NCBI GenBank assembly: GCA_018646625.1
Contig: JABGUJ010000003.1
Location: forward strand, 228,509 to 292,508
DNA length: 64,000 bases
Direction of reading: 5' to 3'
From: Candidatus Woesearchaeota archaeon
GTDB lineage: Archaea > Nanobdellota > Nanobdellia > Woesearchaeales > JABGUJ01
This document shows, one piece after another, positions 1 through 8,675 of the stretch. The notes beneath the pieces are model-generated. The model made no database searches. It had not been told where the DNA came from and saw only the letters and a list, made by a program, of their open reading frames with translations. The translations under genes were made by a program, and so were the position numbers. Position 1 is the stretch's first letter. Every line of letters begins with the position of its first letter.

Positions 1-137
1 GTCAATGCACCAATCCAACCGATCTTAACAACTTCTTGTGTAGGTTCAACTACAACTTCTCCAGTTATACCTGAGTTGCCACAACCTACAAGTCCTAAGA
101 TCAAGATTATAGCTACCGCTAAGTTCAATAATTTCAT
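1..137 (-). CDS. ABC-type (LivJ-like) substrate-binding lipoprotein, N-terminal part; continues beyond the window start
   Basis: Hand translation from ATG at 137: MKLLNLAVAIILILGLVGCGNSGITGEVVVEPTQEVVKIGWIGALT. Lipobox LVGC, KIGxIxxLT start typical of type-I periplasmic binding proteins, SD GAGGTG upstream. Not in ORF track. Confidence 0.8.
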   Translation of the reverse strand, partial: MKLLNLAVAIILILGLVGCGNSGITGEVVVEPTQEVVKIGWIGAL

Positions 138-200
138 CTTAAACCACCTCAGAGATGATCTTCGCCACCTCTTTTGTTGTTACTACTTAGCGTTGACAAA

Positions 201-254
201 GTATATAAAACTATGTCGTCAGTTTTACGACGTTTAAACACAAACTATAAATAG
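201..254. promoter_or_regulatory. Divergent TATA boxes flanking a GTCGT-N7-ACGAC inverted repeat (candidate TrmB operator)
   Basis: TTTTATATAC on - strand (201-210), TATAAATA on + strand (247-254), inverted repeat at 215-231 between them. Confidence 0.45.
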
Positions 255-275
255 AAGCGCCCTAACTAGAATATA

Positions 276-1049
276 ATGGATTTACTAACCCCTCTTAAGG
301 ACATAGGCCTCACAGATAATGAGATCAAAGTCTACCTAACTCTGTTAAAAATAGGTACAAGCACCGCTTCAAGCATATCAGAACGATCAGGAATGTATCG
401 CCCCTATGTTTACGACACACTAGAAAAACTTCAAGAAAAAAGTTTAGTTAGCTACGTCCACAAGAATAACAAGAAATTCTTCAGTGCAACCCATCCCGAT
501 AGATTGCTTGAACTTCAACAAATAAAAGAAGAAAGTATCTCCAACATTCTACCAGAACTTGTTTCATTTACTAAGCTACCAAGAGAAGAAACAAAAGTAG
601 AACTATACAAAGGAAAAGAAGTAATCAAAATTCAATTCAGAGAAGCCTTAAAATGCTTAAAGGAAGGAGGAGACAGTTTCATAATAGGCGCAGAAGAAAA
701 AAACTATGAGAAGCGTGACCCAATCGCATTTGAAAAATACTTCAACGATCTAAAAAGATATGGATTCAAAGAAAAAGCGATAGTAGAAGAAGGAACAACA
801 TACCTACCAGGACCAACAGAAACAACAGAGTACCGTTTTGTTGCCAAAGAATTCTTCAACCCAAATCCAACATCCATACTAAACGACAAAGTAATAATGA
901 TTATATGGGGAACTCCAGACTACTTAATCATCATCCACAGTAAACAAATGGCAGATGCATACAGAAAACAATTTAAATTACTCTGGGAAATTGCTAAAAC
1001 AAAAGAAGAGGTAGAGCGAGATAATGAAACCACACAACCATCTTCCTGA
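276..1049 (+). CDS. TrmB-family transcriptional regulator
   Basis: N-terminal wHTH LKDIGLTDNEIKVYLTLL...RPYVYDTLEKLQEKSLV, followed by an effector-binding-like C-domain. Confidence 0.85.
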   Translation: MDLLTPLKDIGLTDNEIKVYLTLLKIGTSTASSISERSGMYRPYVYDTLEKLQEKSLVSYVHKNNKKFFSATHPDRLLELQQIKEESISNILPELVSFTKLPREETKVELYKGKEVIKIQFREALKCLKEGGDSFIIGAEEKNYEKRDPIAFEKYFNDLKRYGFKEKAIVEEGTTYLPGPTETTEYRFVAKEFFNPNPTSILNDKVIMIIWGTPDYLIIIHSKQMADAYRKQFKLLWEIAKTKEEVERDNETTQPSS

Positions 1050-1692
1050 TGAATTTCATCATCACAAAGAAGAGAAAGAACCAATTAAATTCTGGAAGAT
1101 AATCGGCGCATTATTCTTAATAATAATACTTCTAGCAATGATCATACCTCACTACGCAGTTAAACTAGACCCAGAACCAACTCAAATACCAGAAGTAAGA
1201 GAAGTAATAAGAGACGATATTCCAATAAACAATATTTCACATTCAATTGATAAAATAGAAGATTTTCGAAGATTTCTAACCCCGAACGATCCAATAATCA
1301 AACAAGCAGCAAATAAGATTGTTAGCAGAGGATGCGACAGCAACAAAGCATGCCAAGCAAAAGCCATATACTATTTCCTAAGAGACAAGTTCACATACGT
1401 CTCAGATCCTAGTTATGAATACATCGCAGGCGCAAAAGAAACATTATTCACAGAATCAGGAGATTGTGATGACATGAGCGTACTTGCTGCAAACTTATAC
1501 AGAGCAATAGGAATACCAACAAGATTTGTTTTCATTCCTGGCCATGTATATCTGCAAATAAAAGTGGATGACGCATTAAAGAAATACAAACAGAAAGACG
1601 GCTGGATTAATGTAGATCTAACCTGCACAAATTGTGAATTCTCAAAAGTACCTTATTCAACAATAGAAGAAGAAAAAAAAATAGTGGATTAG
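1024..1692 (+). CDS. Membrane-anchored transglutaminase-like (Cys-His-Asp) protein
   Basis: N-terminal TM helix; GDCDD nucleophile motif, GHVY, and WINVD motifs. Confidence 0.85.
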   Translation: MKPHNHLPDEFHHHKEEKEPIKFWKIIGALFLIIILLAMIIPHYAVKLDPEPTQIPEVREVIRDDIPINNISHSIDKIEDFRRFLTPNDPIIKQAANKIVSRGCDSNKACQAKAIYYFLRDKFTYVSDPSYEYIAGAKETLFTESGDCDDMSVLAANLYRAIGIPTRFVFIPGHVYLQIKVDDALKKYKQKDGWINVDLTCTNCEFSKVPYSTIEEEKKIVD

Positions 1693-3506
1693 TGCTGAGC
1701 ACTACCACTGACAATATCTATCATTCGCAAATAAAAACCACGAGTATCTACAGCCATATCAGGCTGTTGACCCAAAAGTTTAAGCGCTTCAACAGTCAAC
1801 TCATCTGCTCTCGCATGATCGTCTCCTTTAACAGCTTCTGCAACCTCAAAACCATACTTAGTCTTAAGATCAGTTCTAAGTTGAGGACCCAAAACAGCAG
1901 ACTTCAAATGTAAAGGCGTAGGAGCCTCACCATCTGTCATTAATGCTAAAGGCACATCACACGCTTGATACTTTTTAGCAGCAGCTACCGCATCAAGAAA
2001 CAAGTACGTATAAAGTTGCGCAGCACCAGACATATGTGCAGCTCGACCATTAGATAAATGTGCCAACACAGCATCATAATTTCCAGAGTCTGCAGTAGTA
2101 TTATCTGCCAACTGTTTGTTAAAATAAATCTTAATCCAAGCAGCATTACAACCAAAAGTTGCATCATATGCATCCTTATGCGCAGACGTCACACCAAAAG
2201 CTTTAGCACCATCATCAGCAACCACTCTATCAACAAGAGAAAGGGCATCAGCAATTCCTGCATCCAATAAAGAGAATGCATTCTGAATTGCACCTAATGA
2301 AAAGATACCATCTGCCGCAGCAAACGTCGCTTGATCAAAATAAGAATCGAAGTATGGCTGCAATACAGCGTCAAACACATCTCCAACCTTAGCTCCAAAA
2401 CCTTCATGTCCTTTTACACTATCCAATTCAGGAGAATTAGAAATGCCAGTTAAAGCCACCAACAAACCATCAAGTGCTTTCACATATGATCCTCTAACTT
2501 TGGAATTAAGATCTTCAACAGAAAAAGATGCATGATCTGCTCTATACTTCTGATATTCAGCACCAGCCAAGGCAACATTAGACATCACATAACTTTGAGT
2601 TGCATTCATGATATTAGTATCAATCCCGGTAGCGATTGTACCCAACAAATCAAGTTCTGCCTTCCAATCTCTTCTCATAGCAGAAGATATTGGTCTTGCT
2701 TTTTCTAATGCAGTGATCTTACCCAAAACATCTTTTTTCAAATCAAGAAGTTTTCCAAATGAATCAGTAAAATACTCCGCAGCCAACTCAGAGTTTGCAC
2801 CAACTAAAGATGCCTTAAGATAATCTGCAACAGTACCAGATAAGATTTGAATACCGTCAATAGACAAAACACCAGTAGGCATTCCTTGATCATTAAACTG
2901 ATCATAATGTCGTCTCACCAACGTCATTTTACGATCTAATGCAGCCCTTCTATCAGGACCTTCAACAGTCTTACCGACAAAAACATCAACAGTTCCAAAC
3001 AACAAGTCAACAGCGTTTTGATATCTCACAGAATCGTGACCAAAGTATGCTCTTGAAAAGAGTGCCAATTGATCAGCACTAGTAACTGCATCTTCAAACT
3101 GCCCGTTCTTTCCTAAAAGATCAACTAACCCTGTTTGCATATCATATAATCTTGTTTTATATTTTACAGAAGCCAACTCTGCCAATTCTCGTTGAGCAGA
3201 ATCCAACTTTCCTAAAGCACTCGGAGTATACTTATCTTTAAACAAAGTAATCAAAGAACCAATATCAGCTTTAAGATCTATAATTTGAGCAGCATAATCT
3301 GGATCTGGACCAGCACCATCTGGACCGTCTCCACCAGTTGTATCCCCGCCAGTAGAACCAGTTGGAAGAACAGCATCATCGAGCGTATCCCCACCTGTTT
3401 GATGTTGAGCCGCAGGAGGAACAGTGTCCTGAGCTTCTTGAGCTAATGCAGATCCTCCAAAAAGAAGTGAAGCAATTGTAACAGCACCTAACATAAATCG
3501 TTTCAT
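1689..3506 (-). CDS. Secreted hypothetical protein, largely helical, with Gly/Asp/Pro-rich N-terminal linker
   Basis: 605-aa ORF, signal peptide ending SALAQ, G-rich SD upstream; no recognised domain. Confidence 0.7.
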   Translation of the reverse strand: MKRFMLGAVTIASLLFGGSALAQEAQDTVPPAAQHQTGGDTLDDAVLPTGSTGGDTTGGDGPDGAGPDPDYAAQIIDLKADIGSLITLFKDKYTPSALGKLDSAQRELAELASVKYKTRLYDMQTGLVDLLGKNGQFEDAVTSADQLALFSRAYFGHDSVRYQNAVDLLFGTVDVFVGKTVEGPDRRAALDRKMTLVRRHYDQFNDQGMPTGVLSIDGIQILSGTVADYLKASLVGANSELAAEYFTDSFGKLLDLKKDVLGKITALEKARPISSAMRRDWKAELDLLGTIATGIDTNIMNATQSYVMSNVALAGAEYQKYRADHASFSVEDLNSKVRGSYVKALDGLLVALTGISNSPELDSVKGHEGFGAKVGDVFDAVLQPYFDSYFDQATFAAADGIFSLGAIQNAFSLLDAGIADALSLVDRVVADDGAKAFGVTSAHKDAYDATFGCNAAWIKIYFNKQLADNTTADSGNYDAVLAHLSNGRAAHMSGAAQLYTYLFLDAVAAAKKYQACDVPLALMTDGEAPTPLHLKSAVLGPQLRTDLKTKYGFEVAEAVKGDDHARADELTVEALKLLGQQPDMAVDTRGFYLRMIDIVSGSAQH

Positions 3507-3750
3507 TTTATATAACCCCCAAATGATATTCTCATGACTATCATTCGATTTTAAGTATCCCGTCTACAGTCAGACGCGCATAATATATAAAAGTTACGCA
3601 GATCTAGCCACTTTCGAGTAATAAATGCCCGAAATCGTCAAATTTATAAAGAGTGCACTAATTCTGACAGAACATCACAAAAATTCGCTAAAAAGCGAGC
3701 CCGAAAACTATTGCTAAGCTTTTGGCCATAGGAGGGTTAAATGAGCGAAA

Positions 3751-4404
3751 ATGGATAAAACTAAAGTCTTAGAAGCTTTAAAAAAAGCAAAGGAGCAATC
3801 CAAGAAGCGTAACTTCAGTCAAAGGTACGATATAATCGTTAATCTGAAGGACATTAATCTAAAAGACCCTACTAATCAACTAGATCTGTTCGTTAATCTA
3901 CACTATCCACACGGCAAGAAGATGAAAGTCTGCGCTTTAGTTGGTTCAGAGCTTAAAGAAGAAGCAGAAAAAGTTTGTGACAAAACAATCCATGAACAAG
4001 ATTTTGCTAATTATGCTAAAGATAAAAAAGCAACTAAAAAAGTTGCAGAAGAATTTGATTATTTCATTGCTCAGGCGAACATCATGGGAAAAGTTGCAGG
4101 AGCATTTGGTAGAACTCTAGGTCCTAGAAAAAAGATGCCAAACCCAAAGGCAGGATGCGTTGTTCCACCTAAAACATCTCTACAACCAATTTGCGAAAGA
4201 CTACAACATGTCACTAGAGTATACGCAAAAGAAAGACCAATAATTCAGTGTACTGTTGGTATCGAATCAATGAAAGATGAGGAAGTTGTAGATAATATAC
4301 AAACAGTATTCAAACAAATATTAAGTCACGTTCCTAACGAGAAAAACAATATAAAATCAGTTTACCTGAAAACAACAATGGGTAAACCTGTAAAGTTGAT
4401 GTAA
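3751..4404 (+). CDS. rpl1: 50S ribosomal protein uL1
   Basis: KKRNFSQ, LGPRKKMPNPKAG, KTTMGKPVK motifs. Confidence 0.97.
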   Translation: MDKTKVLEALKKAKEQSKKRNFSQRYDIIVNLKDINLKDPTNQLDLFVNLHYPHGKKMKVCALVGSELKEEAEKVCDKTIHEQDFANYAKDKKATKKVAEEFDYFIAQANIMGKVAGAFGRTLGPRKKMPNPKAGCVVPPKTSLQPICERLQHVTRVYAKERPIIQCTVGIESMKDEEVVDNIQTVFKQILSHVPNEKNNIKSVYLKTTMGKPVKLM

Positions 4405-4405
4405 G

Positions 4406-5407
4406 ATGGCTCATGTATGCAAAGCAAAAAAGGAAATCGTAGCAAAATATACGAAACTCATAGAAGAGTATCCAATAGTTGCAGCAATCAACATGGAAGG
4501 CTTACCAGCACCTCAGTTACAAAATATGAGGGCAACCCTGAGAAAACAAGGCGTTGTCTTGTTTATGAATAAAAGAAGATTAATCACAATCGCTATTGAA
4601 GCTGCAAAAGATAAGAAAAAAGGCATTGAAAAATTAATACCTAGCCTGAAAGGTATGCCAGCTCTTTTGTTCAGTAAAGAAAATCCATTTAAACTTTTCA
4701 AAACTTTAGAAAAAAGTAAATCACCTGCCCCAGCAAAAGCAGGTCAAACAGCTCCTAAGGATATTGTTATTCCTGCAGGACCTACAGGCTTCGCACCAGG
4801 TCCAATAATTAGTGAATTGGGCGGTGTTGGAATTAAAGCTGGAATCGATGCAGGAAAAGTTGTAATAAAAGAAGATTCTAATGTTGCTAAAGAAGGCGAC
4901 GTCATATCCGTACAATTAGCAAGCATTCTAACTAGACTTGGTGTAACTCCTATGGAGATCGGCCTAGATCTAACGGCTGCATACGAAGACGGATTTATTT
5001 ACGATAAAAAGATACTTGCTGTAGATGAAGAAGAATACATTGGAAATGTATCTCAAGCATCAAGCTGGGCATTCAACTTAGCTATGTTTGCAGGCATCCC
5101 AACAAGTACTACTACAGAACCATTGATACAGAAAGCATTCAGAGACGCTAAAGCATTAGCAATCTCAGAAAGCATCTTAGCAGATGGTGTAACAGAAGAA
5201 ATCATAGCAAAAGCACACGCTCAAATGAATAGCGTAGCATCACAACTTCCTGACGAAGCAAAGTCAGAAGAACTCAAAAATGTTAAAGCTCCTACAGTCC
5301 AACCGGCAGCAGCCGCTCAACCAGAGAAAACTCAGGATGATAAAAAACCTGAAGAAGAGAAACCAGTTGAGAACGCAGCGGCAGGTTTAGGTTCTCTGTT
5401 TGGATAA
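4406..5407 (+). CDS. rpl10: 50S ribosomal protein uL10 (P0)
   Basis: AKAGQTAPKDIVIPAGPTGFAPGP motif; acidic C-terminus ending AAAGLGSLFG. Confidence 0.97.
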   Translation: MAHVCKAKKEIVAKYTKLIEEYPIVAAINMEGLPAPQLQNMRATLRKQGVVLFMNKRRLITIAIEAAKDKKKGIEKLIPSLKGMPALLFSKENPFKLFKTLEKSKSPAPAKAGQTAPKDIVIPAGPTGFAPGPIISELGGVGIKAGIDAGKVVIKEDSNVAKEGDVISVQLASILTRLGVTPMEIGLDLTAAYEDGFIYDKKILAVDEEEYIGNVSQASSWAFNLAMFAGIPTSTTTEPLIQKAFRDAKALAISESILADGVTEEIIAKAHAQMNSVASQLPDEAKSEELKNVKAPTVQPAAAAQPEKTQDDKKPEEEKPVENAAAGLGSLFG

Positions 5408-5451
5408 ATAAAGATATCAAAAAATAACTAATTAATCAGGAGGCAGAAAAA

Positions 5452-5757
5452 ATGGAATATATCTATGCTGCAATGTTGATCCACAAAGCGGGTGGAAAAA
5501 TTGATGAAGCTACTGTTAAAAAAGTCCTAGAGGCAGCAGGCGTAACTGTTGACGATGCAAGAGTGAAAGCACTAGTTGCTGCACTAGACGGAGTTGACAT
5601 TGAAAAAGCAATCGAAACTTGCGCAATTGCCGCGGCACCAGTCGCAGCAGCACCAGCAAGTGCGGGAGCAGCTCCAGCTGAGGAAAAAGCAAAGCCTAAA
5701 GAAGATAAAAAGCCAGCGGCAGAAGCTGCAGCAGGTCTTGGAGCTTTGTTCGGATAA
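5452..5757 (+). CDS. rpl12: 50S ribosomal stalk protein P1 (aL12)
   Basis: [14 protein letters not shown] start, Ala-rich hinge, GLGALFG end. Confidence 0.97.
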   Translation: MEYIYAAMLIHKAGGKIDEATVKKVLEAAGVTVDDARVKALVAALDGVDIEKAIETCAIAAAPVAAAPASAGAAPAEEKAKPKEDKKPAAEAAAGLGALFG

Positions 5758-5769
5758 GTTTAACAAATT

Positions 5770-5800
5770 AGGTGCTTTCAAGCACTTTTTATTTTATTTT
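5770..5800 (+). terminator. Hairpin plus U-tract terminator of the L1-L10-L12 operon
   Basis: AGGTGCT-TTCA-AGCACTT followed by TTTATTTTATTTT. Confidence 0.55.
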
Positions 5801-5823
5801 ACAATGCGAGTCGATGATGAGGT

Positions 5824-6699
5824 ATGACTGAAGAAACTACAAAACCAAAGGATTCACTGGAATCACTCAATTCTCATATTTTAGGCCTCAAAACCGATCT
5901 TAACGCATTAAATACTGAAAAAGAAGATTTCTACAAACAAAAACAAGATATTAGTAAACAAATCTCTAAAATTCTAGAAGACATAAAGGGTCTAAAGAAA
6001 GAGAGAGACAAATATACTAAACAAGTCAGAGAGAAAAAAGGCAATAGAGAAGGCCTAAATAAAGAAATCAAAGACAAAATTCGAGAAATCAAAACAGTTA
6101 ACGATGAAAAACGAGCCATCACTCAAAAACATAACATAAAGAGTGACCCATCAGGATTACAAAAAGAAATAGATGCTCTCGATCTCAAAATCGAAACAGA
6201 AGTTATTTCATTCGATAAAGAACAAAAAATAATGAAGATCATTAAGGAAAAAAAGAAAGCCCTTAATGGAATGAAGAAAGTCAGCGGAATTTTTGAGAAA
6301 TCACACACACTATCAAAAGAAATTGACAAATTAAAAGGAAAAGCTGACGACAGTCACAAAAAACTGACGAAGACAGCAAATGAATCTCAAGAAAAACACG
6401 AAGAAGTAATCAAACTTACTAGAGAACTTAACAAATTAAAGAAAGAAGAGAAGAAAGCATTCAAACAATTCAACAGAATCAAACATCAATTTCAAAATGT
6501 TAACGAACTTCTAAAGAAGCATCTCGGAGAACTAAAAAACGTCAAAGTTACAGTAAGAAGCAAGAAAGAAAAGAAGAAAAGTTTCGAAGCAAGAAAGAAA
6601 GATGCAACAATAAAAGAAATGAAGAAGGAAGTTGAGGCCAAGATGAAATCAGGTAAAAAGCTCACTACAGAAGACCTGCTTCTCTTTCAGAGTAACTAA
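5824..6699 (+). CDS. Conserved archaeal coiled-coil protein (COG1340-like)
   Basis: Long K/E heptads; C-terminal GKKLTTEDLLLFQ signature. Confidence 0.8.
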   Translation: MTEETTKPKDSLESLNSHILGLKTDLNALNTEKEDFYKQKQDISKQISKILEDIKGLKKERDKYTKQVREKKGNREGLNKEIKDKIREIKTVNDEKRAITQKHNIKSDPSGLQKEIDALDLKIETEVISFDKEQKIMKIIKEKKKALNGMKKVSGIFEKSHTLSKEIDKLKGKADDSHKKLTKTANESQEKHEEVIKLTRELNKLKKEEKKAFKQFNRIKHQFQNVNELLKKHLGELKNVKVTVRSKKEKKKSFEARKKDATIKEMKKEVEAKMKSGKKLTTEDLLLFQSN

Positions 6700-6750
6700 T
6701 CCCTTAGCAACCTTTATATATACACATAATTTCAAGATCCATATAAGAAG

Positions 6751-7083
6751 ATGGCATATCAAAGAACTCCACTAACAGCTGAAGAACAAATCCAAAGAAT
6801 CAAGTTACCGCGAGGTAATGAATGTTTAGGATTTGTTGAACAAAGAGTAGGTGGAAGCAGAATGAAAGTCAGATGCCTTGATGGAAAAAATAGAATCTGC
6901 AGAATTCCTGGAAGACTCAAAAGAAGATTGTGGGTAAGAGAGAGTGACATAGTTATCGTCGAACCTTGGGAATTCACAGGCGATGTAAAAGGTGATGTAA
7001 TTTTCAAATACAAACCAATTCAAGTTAGCTGGTTACGAAAAAATGGATACCTAAAACGACTTGAAGATGTTGAAGAATTCTAA
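6751..7083 (+). CDS. eif1a: Translation initiation factor aIF-1A
   Basis: VRCLDGKNRICRIPGRLKRRLWVRESDIVIVEPW motif. Confidence 0.96.
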   Translation: MAYQRTPLTAEEQIQRIKLPRGNECLGFVEQRVGGSRMKVRCLDGKNRICRIPGRLKRRLWVRESDIVIVEPWEFTGDVKGDVIFKYKPIQVSWLRKNGYLKRLEDVEEF

Positions 7084-7396
7084 TTTATTATTATTACTAT
7101 TTTAGTCAGAACATTTTTTCTAGAAAAAAAACCTTGTGATGTACAAAAAAATAATTTTTTCTTAAAAATTTTAGAGAAACTTAAAAAAGTTTTACAAAAA
7201 AATAAAAAAGCAACATAAATGCACAGATCGACGTCACGAAAACACAAGAATTAAAAAGTTGAGCACCCAGAACCGCTCTAATATCAGAAATCAGGCAATT
7301 TAGACGTTCTAAACCGAAACATATTTAAACAAAATTTGACATTTAAGTACTTAAAGACTTGGAAACTCATATTTTCCAGTTTTGAGGTGAATTAAA

Positions 7397-7912
7397 GTGG
7401 CAAAAAAAAGAGTGGTAAAGCGTAAAGCTGCTCCAAAAAGGAGGGCACCTAAGAAAAAGGCAGCTCCTAAGAGGAAGCCAGTGAAACGTAAACCTGCTAA
7501 GAAAAAGGCAGTAAAGAAGAAGCCAGCCAAGAGAAAACCTGCTAAGAAAAAAGCAGTAAAACGAAAGGCAGCTAAAAAAAGGACTGTAAAAAGAAAAGCA
7601 GTGAAAAGAAAGCCAGTTAAAAGAAAAGCAGTGAAGAAGAAAACTGTTAAGAGAAAAGCAGTAAAGAGAAAACCGGCTAAGAAAAGAACTGTTAAGAAAA
7701 AAGCAGCTAAGAAAAAACCTGCAAAGAGAAAAGCAGTAAAAAGAAAAGCTGTAAAGAAAAAAACAGTCAAAAGAAAAGCAGTTAAGAAAAAGGCAGTGAA
7801 GAGAAAAGCAGTTAAGAAAAAAACTGTAAAGAGAAAACCTGCTAAAAAAAGAAAGCCTGCTAAAAGGAAGGCACCTGCTAAAAGAAAGCCTGCTAGGCGA
7901 AAAAGAAAATAA
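7397..7912 (+). CDS. Histone H1/Hc2-like Lys/Arg/Ala-rich basic protein with pentapeptide repeats
   Basis: GTG start with SD GAGGTGA; repeats KRKAV/KKKAV/KRKPA/KKKTV with synonymous variation; U-tract after stop. Confidence 0.8.
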   Translation: MAKKRVVKRKAAPKRRAPKKKAAPKRKPVKRKPAKKKAVKKKPAKRKPAKKKAVKRKAAKKRTVKRKAVKRKPVKRKAVKKKTVKRKAVKRKPAKKRTVKKKAAKKKPAKRKAVKRKAVKKKTVKRKAVKKKAVKRKAVKKKTVKRKPAKKRKPAKRKAPAKRKPARRKRK

Positions 7913-7929
7913 TTTTTTTGTATAAAACC

Positions 7930-7969
7930 TCTGCCTTTTAGGAAACTGGAAGGCAGAAACATTTTTTCT
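7930..7969 (+). terminator. 12-bp GNRA-capped stem-loop followed by U-tract, 3' of the H1-like gene
   Basis: TCTGCCTTTTAG-GAAA-CTGGAAGGCAGA with two G.U pairs on +, then CATTTTTTCT. Confidence 0.55.
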
Positions 7970-8062
7970 ACAATTTTTACCAAAATAACACTAAAAACCG
8001 CTTATTTTCTAAAAAGAAGACCATTAAAACAATATAAAGAAAAAAGAAGAAAAAAAAGTACT

Positions 8063-8581
8063 TTAACAGTACTTTTTAGGAACGTCGTTAACAACTCTTA
8101 CGCCCATAGCTGGTTTTTGCAAGCTTACAAACTTAGTCGCACCCTTGTAAAAGTTACCCATCTTAGCTTCGTAAGATAATTTTGTTCCATAAACGCCTTT
8201 TGCCGCTCCAGGTTTAGCTGCAGTAATCTTCCTAACACTTGCTGCAAGAAGAACTTTCTTAGCTTTGTAAACTGGTTTGCCTGCTGCGTTCTTTGATTCA
8301 TAAACAACATACTTAACAGTTGGCTTAGCAAGTCTGCTTTTTGGCTTTTTCTTACCGCCTTTTCTGTTCATTGTTACTTCACAAACATTTGCATTTTTAT
8401 CTAAATAATACAAACATCCTTTTTTTCTCTTTACACCTGCTTTTTCAACAACTTTAGGTCCGGATCGAGATTTTTTACCGCCTCTAGCCATACCTACATG
8501 ACAGATGTTACCCTTTTTGTCTATAAAATATAGAAAACCTGGTTTTCTAGTCACATCACTTTTGTATACGACTTTTGCCAT
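8063..8581 (-). CDS. Small basic protein with duplicated K-x-G-x-L-Y-[FY]-x-D-K repeat; candidate nucleic-acid-binding protein
   Basis: Repeats RKPGFLYFIDKKGNICHVGMARGGKK and RKKGCLYYLDKNANVCEVTMNRKGGKK; SD AGGGGTG. Confidence 0.75.
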   Translation of the reverse strand: MAKVVYKSDVTRKPGFLYFIDKKGNICHVGMARGGKKSRSGPKVVEKAGVKRKKGCLYYLDKNANVCEVTMNRKGGKKKPKSRLAKPTVKYVVYESKNAAGKPVYKAKKVLLAASVRKITAAKPGAAKGVYGTKLSYEAKMGNFYKGATKFVSLQKPAMGVRVVNDVPKKYC

Positions 8582-8675
8582 TAGTTCTGCACCCCTTATT
8601 TAGTTTTTTAAGATAATTCTTAGTCGATAGAAGTTAATAGTCCTTTATATTTGTTTTGATTATTGACGAGAAAAC

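Noticed and set aside
7351-7983. 210-aa hydrophobic F/L/A/T ORF on the - strand
   Set aside because: Antisense shadow of the Lys-rich repeat gene; the + ORF has the SD and terminator.
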